The position numbers and the translations under genes are program-made. From Catajapyx aquilonaris (taxonomy: Eukaryota): a stretch of DNA of 35,901 nt. Below are positions 1 to 9,388 of this stretch, in pieces; the first letter of the stretch is position 1, and each line of letters starts with the position of its first letter. The notes below the pieces were generated by a model. It was not told where the DNA came from. It was given only the letters and a program-made list of their open reading frames with translations, and ran no database searches. Location: positions 1 to 35,901 of the forward strand of contig JYFJ02003975.1 of NCBI GenBank assembly GCA_000934665.2, read 5' to 3'.

Positions 1-437
1 AGAATGATCATACCATATGAACTCACGTGAGGTGGCCAATTAGCGTAATTGGCGGATGAGTTGAATAATTTACGGCGATGGGACTTGCAAAAAAAAAAGA
101 GGTCCAAGATATAATAGACGTAATGCAAATGCATTACTTTGATAGGTATTGTTGCATAAGGGCATTTCCATGGGATTGCGAACTTGGGAAAAGATAAACT
201 GTTGCTGTTGCTATAGAAGTTGATGCAATTATGTTAATTGTTGAGACCCGTGAAGTGAGAAGATTCGGGAATATGCGTGTTGTGGGAGTTAGGTTCATTT
301 TCGGAAGCTGAAACATGCGGCATTAAATTTCTTGAAAAATGTAACCCCCGATATGCTAATTTAAGGCGGTGTAGGGGCTTTCCCCTGGATTTCTATAAGG
401 GACAAACAAACAAACTCTCCTCATTTATAGATTAAGA
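1..437 (-). mobile_element. Non-autonomous Helitron-like element, 5' end (continues left of window)
   Basis: Minus strand begins A|TCTTAATCTATAAATGAGGAGAG(TTTG)n. A TC start followed by a tetranucleotide microsatellite is typical of arthropod non-autonomous Helitrons. It interrupts the MITE at 438-965 at an A|T dinucleotide (intact copy at 34535-34545 reads gaata|ttcgag). Confidence 0.55.
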
Positions 438-965
438 TTCAAGTTAGAGAAGTTTGGAATTTTTTAAGCACATAAATCTATCAAGAAGCCTATCTTTACA
501 TCCAGTGACGAAAGGTGTTCAAAACTTAAAAATAACTCACTATCGCACTACAATGTTCCTCATTGTTTTGTTGTAAAAAAAACCTGTAATGGACATTTGC
601 CTGCTCTTAGATTGGCTCCCACTCTTAATAAAGGATCCAATTGGCATGAGTCAATACTGGTAGACAAAGATCAGGAAAGAGTCTGTCTGTACATGTGGCT
701 GACTCTCGACCATTTTGGCTGGGCAATGAGAGAATTTTCCGTACTCAGCAACATGAACTTCGACTTAGGGAGACTGAAAATGCATTGATATCTCATCGTA
801 AGGCCCTGCCTGCACTTCGAGTTATGGAGAACTTCGAGTTATAGAAATTCCAGTTAGGGAAGTTTATTTCCTATTATTTTACATTGTGACCAACCAAGCT
901 TATAATTCTTTTCGACTTATAGAGAACTTCGACTGAGGGAAGTTCGACTTATAGAAGTTTTACTG
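438..965 (+). mobile_element. Tc1/mariner (pogo/Tigger-like) MITE, family A copy 1 (left part displaced by Helitron)
   Basis: Ends TTCGACTTATAGAAGTTTTACTG|TA, the reverse complement of terminus CAGTAAAACTTCTATAAGTCGAA, with TA TSD. Multiple TTCGA(G/C)TTA subterminal repeats. Clearly homologous to 7441-7991 and 34476-34870. Confidence 0.85.
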
Positions 966-1173
966 TACTTTGATATGTAGTGGTCAGTGTTATGGTGGGG
1001 CTAACTCGATGCTTAACCCCTTCGCTACCAGATAGGCCCGAACCACGCAGGTTTCGGCTTACGCCTACTTGGAAGATACTGACAAGATATTTTACAAATA
1101 ATAACAGCTATACTTACCAGATCTGGGAAAAAGTTGTGAATATTCACAACTTTTTCCCAGATCTGCTAGAGCG

Positions 1174-1531
1174 CAGGGCTTCCCAAACTTTTTTCGCCGC
1201 GTACCCCTTTTTAAATTCGTCAAGACAGTTTGTACCCCCATATTCATCCTACCATATAATTTATAATACGTAGTAATTGTGAGCACTAATTACCAGTATG
1301 TTAGTGTGATGGGTCTGGTTGGTTGCTTGCGCACAAGTGGTCAATGTTTGGTATACAAGTGACCTCAATTTGAGTCTCAAGTCGTTTTCCACAGTCAGTC
1401 GATAGGTTTGTTTTTCCCATAATTTTTCCCCCCCATTTTTTCCCCACAAATGTAGACAACGGACGCCATTGCACGAAATCTTTCGCGTACCCCCAAAATT
1501 GTGTTCGCGTACCCCAGTTTGAAAACCGCTG
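1174..1531. mobile_element. hAT (Charlie-like) MITE
   Basis: Termini CAGGGCTTCCCAAACT ... AGTTTGAAAACCGCTG, subterminal CGCGTACCCC repeats, and a near-8-bp TSD (tgctagag, offset by 2 nt / tgctagac). Confidence 0.7.
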
Positions 1532-1987
1532 TGCTAGACAATCTGCTAGACAAGTAAAAGTGTTCCAGACACATATGTGTCTGGAACACTTTTACTTGTC
1601 TAGCAGTCACGTAATTAATTTCCAAAAAAGGAATATAAAAACTCGAAATTGGAGTACTTCCGACCAACTGTTCGGCGAATTTAATTATGAAATGCATGAA
1701 AATATGCGGAATAACAACCTTGAGAACCACGCCAGCCGAATTTGGTGAAATCGTCGTACTTCGAGAGAAATAAATTAATACTTATTTTGCGGCTTTCTGG
1801 CACTTAGGAAAACTCCCAAATGAGTATGAAATGGTTGTACTTCATGAGAAGCAAATAAATTTGAGCGTTTTCCAAAGTTTCTGAGTTTGCCAGAAAGTTG
1901 CAAATAATTATTAATTTATTTCTCGCAAAGTACGACAATTTCAGCAATTCTTCTGGAATGGTGCTCAAGGTTGTTATTCTTTATATA

Positions 1988-2549
1988 CAGGGTGTTTATT
2001 GTAACTCTGCAAAGACTTTCAGGGGTAATAGAGGGCACCAAGACAAGTATTTTTGACATAGGAACCTGTGTCCGGAAACGCCATCTAGAGGGGGTTCATA
2101 GACAAGGAACGGGTGCGCTCAGACGCTTCGTGCGGGAGGCGCTAGGCGAGCGGACTGTTTTGTTGATAGATGGTGCTCGGATAGTAAACATCGATGCGAT
2201 GTGCCATAACCTGGCAACAGCAGAGCCATCTAGCAACTAAAGTACGCCTCCTAGGAGATGCGTGGATAGCCAACAGCGGATTTGTTGTTGCCAGGTTATG
2301 GCGTATCGCGTTGTTGTAAGCAAACAACGACGCTATACGCAATAACCTGGCAACAACTGCAATCTATCTATCAACAAAACAGTCCGCTCACCTGGCACCT
2401 CCCGCGTGACGCGTCTGAGCGCACCCGTTCCTTGTCTATGAACCCCCTCTGGATGGCGTTTCCGGACACGGGTTCCTATGTCAAAAATTCTTGTCTTGGT
2501 CTCCTCTATTACCCCTGAAAGTCTTTGCAGAGTTACAATAAACACCCTG
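1988..2549. mobile_element. Tc1/mariner-type MITE with about 185-bp TIRs
   Basis: TA|CAGGGTGTTTATTGTAACTCTGCAAAGAC ... GTCTTTGCAGAGTTACAATAAACACCCTG|TA. The long inverted arms are nearly identical, and ATAACCTGGCAACA occurs three times internally. Confidence 0.92.
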
Positions 2550-3064
2550 TATACATTTTTATATTATATTTGGCAAAGAGACAAAAGATAATATAAATAA
2601 ATTACTCTTTAAAGAGTAATTTATTTATATTATCTTTATATTTTGACGCATTTCATAATTAAACACAGACACATTCACAACGTTTTCCCAGATCTGGTAA
2701 GTATATAGCTGTTATTATTTGTAAATATCTTGTCAGTATCTTCGGAGTATGCGTAACCCGAAATCTGTGGTTCTGGCCTATCTGGTAACGAAGGGGTTAA
2801 TAAGCACTATACACGGAAGATTATTGCAGATACTTTCTCCTGCATTTCTGATGAGAAAGTGTCGGCTACAATATTGTGCTGATAGTACATTTGTAAAATG
2901 ATCGGTTGAACATTGTAAACCCTGCTTAGCATTGGACAAAAATTGGCAGAGCTTGCATACGTGGTCAAAGCAGTTAGAGGCTCAACTGTACAATAATTGA
3001 GGATATTATTGAATATCATAAATTAGAATTCACAATGATGAATGGCTAAATGGCCCAGTGCTTA

Positions 3065-4994
3065 CTATCCGTTTATTTAATTAGGCCTCTGTGTTTGACT
3101 CAACTCCCAGGAAAATGATCTAAAAAATTAATGTTATATATCGTTGGAGAGCATGCTTGTTTAAATGCATGTTACATAATATGCAAGTTGTTTTCCTATC
3201 ATCAGTGTGTCATTTTTTATTACAAGAAGGCGGAAAGATGTAATTTTTTTGACTCTTTGGCAATGTAATGCCGCAAAATGAATTTTTATCCGACACTTCG
3301 TGGACGCCAAAAAAATCCTCCTGTGAACGCTAGATAGTGCAAATCTTTGTCTACCTAATTATATATTTGGAACTTAGAAATTGCCATTTGTGTAATCATA
3401 ATTAAGTTAATTGCACACCTCAGTTTCCTTGGCCGTTTCTCATTCGAATTACTTCGTGAATGTATGGACAGAATGCCAGATATGTGCGTTATAAAATTAC
3501 ACTGTGCTCTATTACAGTACAAACTTTAAATGTACAGTATTTAAAAGTATTGCCTTGTATTCCCGCCAGAAAGCGCGGAAACTTGCCTATTAAACTTAAT
3601 AATTTAAAAATTTCAGTGTAATAGAGGACGGTTTAACTTTATCAAGCACATTTCTGGCTTGCTGTCGATACGTAATTAGGTTAAGAAAGGGCCGAGATAA
3701 CAATCAATCAATCGATCGTTTATTAGCCTCCCTGCTTCATTCCGCAGGGAGGGACACATCAGAATATCATGTAACAAAGAATAATACAAAACAAGTAATA
3801 ATACATAGCTCTCTCAGTATAGTGGAAGTAATCGTTCAGATTAAACCCATGTAATTCACTCACCTTAATATTAACAATTGTGTATCCAGTTCGCGATGTA
3901 ACCAAAATAATAGAATAGGGCTTGCAGTTATGTGTCTGAGGGGTTCAGTAATGCCCTCCACATGTTTGCTCTGTTAAACTGCGCATACTCTTGTCTCATT
4001 CTCCCTCTTCCCCCCTCAAACAACCTACATTCCCACCATAGATGGTACCAATCGCCCACATTTCCCTGATAGCATAGGCTACATGGTTCTTCCAAATTTA
4101 TAGATGCACTCCTGTCTTCGTTTATTGGCAACCACCAGGAACCTAATCGTAAACATGCGAGCATTCTTGTAATGTTCATCTGCAGTGGAGCAGAAATGTA
4201 GTGTGCAGCAATATATCTATTCTCATCGCAGAACCATATTTTATTAAAATTTATTTTCGAAATTGTTAAGTTATTTATGTCATTTATGACTTCAGTGTCC
4301 TGCATGGTTTGTGCCAGGCTGACAATTTCCCTAATCCAATTTTTGTCGTTCCTAATTTGGAAATTATCTATTGTTTGTCCATATCTATGTAATGCAAGGT
4401 CTAGTTGTTTCAGCCAATTGTATTTGAGAACTGACTCTTTCTGAGAACTTCGGTATTTTAGAGCGCGGTATGGCAGCCTGTGGTGGTCCATATTATTTAT
4501 TTATTTTTTAAAACGTTAGTGGGAGAAGGATGTCTCTAGACGGAGCAGGTAGTTTGCCGTGTTCTTCCCCATTACCAGGAGTTTTTTGATGAATAGGGTT
4601 TGTGCACGCTTTATTCGCTCCGAGGGCCGAGATAACAGGTGTGCAATTAACTTAATTATGATTACACAAACGGTGATTTCTAAGTTTCAAATATATCATT
4701 AGATAGACAACGATTTTCACTATCCAGGTTCACAGGAGGATTTTTTTGGTGTCCAGGAAGTGTCAAATAAAAATTCATTTTGCGGTGTAACGTTGGCAGC
4801 TATTCAAAAACTGACATGTTTCCACCTTCTTCTTGCGATAAAAAATTTCACACTGATGATAGGAAAACAACTTGCATATATGTAACGTGGATTTAAACAA
4901 GCTTTCCAACGATATATAACATAAGTTTTTTGGATCATTTGCCTGGGAGTTGTTTCGAGTCAAACACAGGGGCCTATATTAAATAAACAGATAG
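3065..4994. mobile_element. Long-TIR (about 370 bp) non-autonomous DNA transposon, interrupted by a LINE
   Basis: TA|CTATCCGTTTATTTAATTAGGCCTCTGTGTTTGACTC ... GAGTCAAACACAGGGGCCTATATTAAATAAACAGATAG|TA. 3065-3435 is a diverged inverted copy of about 4625-4994. Probable TA TSD. Confidence 0.78.
3703..4622 (-). mobile_element. 5'-truncated non-LTR retrotransposon (ORF2 C-terminal remnant)
   Basis: Perfect 15-bp TSD AGGGCCGAGATAACA at 3688-3702 and 4623-4637. The 3' end has AATAAA then a (GATT)n tail on the minus strand. ORF 3928-4491 contains CSLC...HLWWEC, the C-terminal zinc motif of LINE ORF2. Confidence 0.88.
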
Positions 4995-5056
4995 TAGCTA
5001 GCGATCATCTGCCCACACATCAGCTTGAGACAAGGAAGTAAAGGTGTGCTACATAC

Positions 5057-5703
5057 TAAGTTGGAAGGTAGAGCATGTCCCCAACAGGGTGTACACTCTC
5101 TTCCATTCGCCAACATCCTTGCAAAGCCTCTTTCCCCCGAACCAACACTGGAAACAAGTACCAATTATTATTCTGCATTATGTTGTTTCATGTCACACTA
5201 CAGTGTAATGGTAATATTACGTAGATACCAGTGTGCAGAAGTAATCACAAGCACCATTAGATAGGAACACTCACTGACACAATGTTTTCTTCAATTTTGG
5301 GTCCCAAGTAATCCCATAATTCTTCCACTGTATACCCGCTGACTCCTATGTAATCGTGGAGATGCCAAGAGTTCCAAAGTGACGTGTTGGTGTGGAATTC
5401 GTCTTTGGCCTTCCTCACCTTGAGCTTTTCCATGGCTGTCATGTTCCAGGTGTTCTGGTTGCAGACTGTGAGCCTAGGAAAGGGAATGGTCTTGTTGATC
5501 CCCGTTATTAGCTGGACACTGATGGGGTTGCTGAGGTAGTGAGTGAAGCTGATGTAGATCTGGGCCAGCATCAGAACTGTGGCTACGGTCAGCACCACCG
5601 CCCATGTTATCCTGAGCCCACGGGTGGCTCTACTGTTGAACACAATGCTCAGGCCAGAGATGCGTACATAATTCAGGAGGCTCTCCTCATTGGTCCTTTG
5701 CAT
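5057..5703 (-). CDS. DEG/ENaC (pickpocket/ASIC-like) channel, paralog 1, N-terminal exons only
   Basis: Exons 5275-5706 (TM1, Y.S.P...., FPRLTVCNQN) and 5057-5147 (CWFGGKRLC...LGTCSTF) have GT-AG borders and the same structure as paralog 2. No downstream exons were found inside the window. Confidence 0.8.
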
Positions 5704-5992
5704 TACCTGTATACAGTTGCAGAATAATAATTGATTGATTTGGGAATGTTTAGGAAAAATAAGGTTCCCTTTACTGTTTACTTGTATAAGAGTAAAAACA
5801 TCCCCTTCAGTGAAAAAAAGGGTAGTGAGACCTCCATGGTGGAATGAAAGTACTGAAACAAGGCGCACGTAAGACCTTCACCAATTGATTTAAGCTCTAC
5901 CATAGGCCTTACTCAAGCAATTTCCAATTTACTAATGAAATCTCATTTCTGAAAACAATTTATGGAATTTTCGTCATACTACTAGTTACTTC

Positions 5993-6684
5993 CAAAGGTG
6001 GGCACAGCTAACCGAAAAATCAGCTTCTCTAACAGCTGATCAGCTAACTACAAAAAATTGGATTTGCTAAATAGCTAATGCTAAATGGCTAGAAAATTAG
6101 TTAAAGCTAATGCTAACAGCTAACAGCTACCTTCCTTATTTTTTTCCCCCTCCATGACCCTTAAAAAACAGACCTACGCTGATAAAGCCTAGAGAGCATT
6201 GCTACACTTACGCCTTATTTAGTTACTCGTATTTAGGCTACTGTTCCGTACAAAAAGTAATAAACAAATCCAAAGAGGCAAAAAGTTTATTTGTCTCAGA
6301 AGAAAGCTACAAAGACAGGCAAGGCAAAATTTATATTTAAAAACTGGTAACTATAATAATTATAATCCGCGCACCGAAGTGATCGGAAAATAAGTTTTGG
6401 CCAGGTAGACAGAGAATTTACAATCCGAGACCTGTAAAACAGGTCTATTTTAATCCCTGCCTGGAGTGGAAACAATGCAACTTTAAAAAGTAACAGACAG
6501 CGAGACAGGAACACGAATGAAATTTGTTAGCTGAAGTTATTTAGCTGTAGTGCAGTACTAATTTAGTGGGAGCTAATTAGTCAGCTAGCGGCCGGAAAAG
6601 TTAGAGAAAACAGCTAAGCAGCTAACGAAAAGTTAGTTCAGCTATTAGCTATTAGCTGTTTAGAGGCGCTAATGCCCACCTTTG
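5993..6684. mobile_element. hAT/P-type MITE with 8-bp TSD
   Basis: 12-bp TIR CAAAGGTGGGCA / TGCCCACCTTTG, perfect TSD GTTACTTC (5985-5992, 6685-6692), and many oriented AGCTAA / TTAGCT subterminal repeats. Confidence 0.92.
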
Positions 6685-7362
6685 GTTACTTCTAACTACT
6701 ATACATACTTCTAACGTAGCAGTACCAGTGTAGTGCAAGCGGTAACTATAGTTAATAGTAGTACGACGAAAATTCCACCCACTAATTTTCCATGAGCCAC
6801 TCCATATTAGTGTTTTCTGAAATTGGGAACTTCAATATTAAGCACATTGCATTTCTATGAGGTTGGTGAGAATTATATTGCCACTAGCTGCAATACCCGT
6901 TCTTCGCAAGGGGGAAAAGAGCATTCATATTTATACAGATATCTTTCCAGGCAATCAGGCATTATTTATTTATTTTATTTATATACATCCCATTGGGAGA
7001 ATCGGCGCCCCATTAGGGGGGTGGAGTTAGGAGTACCACCATCGGATGGGGCCAAGGATGGGGAAGGAAGGAGGCTGCTGTGGCCTATTATCTAAGTCCG
7101 GGGACACCCTCTTCATCTCGTGCAGAGTTAAGTGGTTGTCTCTGGCTTCGTCTTGGGTGGTATTTCTGTTAAGACAAACCACCCGGGGGAGTTCACAAAA
7201 TGACCACAGCGTCAGATGCACTGCACCTTGCACATCCCCTCCTGTCATCCTGCCCGTGGGCCCGGGCGATACGCCATGTACTATTGGTACTATGTATACA
7301 CCAACAGCTAATAATAAAGGTCCATGCGATAAACCCTGATGGGTGAAAGCATCTACCCAACC

Positions 7363-7368
7363 TATTAC

Positions 7369-7440
<72 letters not shown>
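7363..7440 (+). repeat. (TAT)n microsatellite, possibly the tail of a retroposon fragment
   Basis: About 24 perfect TAT units; abuts the truncated end of MITE family A copy 2. Confidence 0.95.
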
Positions 7441-7991
7441 CTAAGTGGAAATTCTCCATAAGTCGAAGAAAATGATGAGCTTGGTTGGTCACAATGTAAA
7501 ATTATAGGATATCCTAGCTCGAATTTCTATAACTCGAAGTGCAGGCAAGGCCTTGCGACGGGATATCAATGCATTTTCAGTCTGCCTAACTCGAAGTTCA
7601 TGTTGGCGAGTACGGAAAATTTTCTCATTTCCCAGCCGAAGGGTCGAGAGTATAGCCCACATGTACAGTAAGGCTAAATTTCCTGATCTCCGTCTACCAG
7701 ATGTACCGAAAGAAGTGCTTGACTCAATTGTGACAATTGAATCCTTGAATCTAACAGTAGCCAAATGTCCATAACGGAGATTTTTGTACAACAAAACAAC
7801 GGGGAACATTGTAAGTGTGATAGTGACAGTTATTTTTAAGTTTTTGAATACCTTTCGTCGCTGGATATAAAGGTAGGCTTCCTTATAGAGTTCTGTGCTT
7901 TAAAAAATCCAAACTTCTCTAACCCGAATCTTCTATAACTCGGAAGTTTTTTCCCAGCCCCATGGAGATTTGACTTATAGAAGTTTTACTG
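7441..7991 (-). mobile_element. Tc1/mariner-type MITE, family A copy 2
   Basis: Reverse-complement homolog of 438-965 and 34476-34870. Intact terminus ...TATAGAAGTTTTACTG|TA; the other terminus is missing at the microsatellite. Confidence 0.85.
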
Positions 7992-9388
7992 TAATTTCAT
8001 AATTAAGTCAGCTTAAGAGTTGGCCGGTAACACCTGGCGATGGTGATATAGCAGGTAGCGAAGGGGTCAATAGTACAGTTGAATCCAGATGAAACAAACT
8101 TCAAGAGACAGCGGAAAAAGTCTGTTATAACTGAAGTCTGTTATAGCCAAATCTTCATGCAATGAAAACAGAGATTTCTGCTTTCCATATGTCTGTAATA
8201 TGCACTACTAGACTACATACCGGTTAATGAAATCTGTCAAAAACGTAATATTAGCTCACCCGAAAATTGTGCAGGACCAAAATATCCTATTTGCTTCTGT
8301 GGTGTCCTTTGTGCAAATTTTATACCTGGAAAACTACATTTTCCCACCAAGGCCCAAGAAATGGTGTGTTATACCCAAGGTGAGGTAAAAATGAGTCTGT
8401 TAAATCAGGGTAATTTTTTTAATTTTTTGTGGCGTTTTGAAAAGGAATGGAGTTTAGCTGTAAATGATAGGAAACTAGGAATGCACTTCACGATGGTGGG
8501 GATCTGTGTTCAGAATTTGGAAGCTCTACCTACGCAGAACTTGAGTTAGGGCGAATAAAAAAAACGTAACAACAACAAGATGTTGGAAAAATTCATTGTT
8601 GAAATGCTATGCTATGGTCTTACCAGTCTTACTTAGGAGCTGCCGCCCCTAAAATGTTTGTTCTCTTTGACCAAAGGTTGCATTTAAATGCATGTGAAAA
8701 TTTGTAAGGCAGACCATAACACTGCATCCAACGTTACTAATTCCTCATTAGATGGAGTGTTATGGTCCGTGTTATGGCACTAGTAGCAACGTACTGTACC
8801 TGAGTGGCCTGCATTGGATTCTGTGAGTCCTGCTTGTGAAGCATAGTGCGTGGGCTTGACCAGGATGGCCTTCAGATGGCAAATGGAATTAGCTGTAAAG
8901 TCACTTTTTAAAATTAATTTATGATTGTGAACTGTTCAGGACAGATGATCTCACCTGCATAAATCAGAGCTTGTGCGTTAATCTACTTCATTGTTCATAT
9001 GGCCAATTATTATTGCTTAGCTTCAGCTCCTAGTAACCTGACTTGAGAAATTGAATGTTGCAAACGCTTTCAAGCTTGCGATTGCATTTCTCCCCCTGAT
9101 ATGCATGTTGATTTTGAATTGTAATAGTCCATGAGCCATGACACATCCGGCACATTAAAATATCTGAAAATGAAGATGAGTAAATATGACTGAATTAGGC
9201 CTGTTTGGCATAGCAAATTATAGACAACCAGGTGGAGTGAAGGAGAGGGTAAAGTGTTACTTTGCCATCAGTGTAGTTAGTGCATATTATATGAATGACA
9301 TTCATTGACAGTCTTGACATGTCTGCAATGACCCAGTGCTCTTTGCCTTATAAAACCAAACATCATATTTAGCATATCACATTTCAGT

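Larger units (their letters stand above)
1017..2796. mobile_element. piggyBac-type non-autonomous foldback element carrying nested insertions
   Basis: TTAA|CCCCTTCGCTACCAGATAGG ... CCTATCTGGTAACGAAGGGG|TTAA (TTAA at 1013-1016 and 2797-2800). Inverted homology covers about 125 bp at the ends and continues internally (about 1680-1815 vs about 1875-1980 and 2648-2664). Confidence 0.88.

Noticed and set aside
1971..2545. Two similar ORFs on opposite strands (1971-2240 and 2333-2545)
   Set aside because: They are translations of the two TIR arms of one MITE, not duplicated genes.
6960..7362. GC-richer segment between AT-rich tails, possibly SINE/LINE fragments
   Set aside because: No TSD, promoter boxes or coding motif I can support, so it is left uncalled.
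7193..7492. Poly-Asn ORF
   Set aside because: Simply the (TAT)n microsatellite read on the minus strand.
8070..8160. TA-CAGTTGAATCC start resembling another Tigger-like MITE
   Set aside because: No matching second terminus was found.
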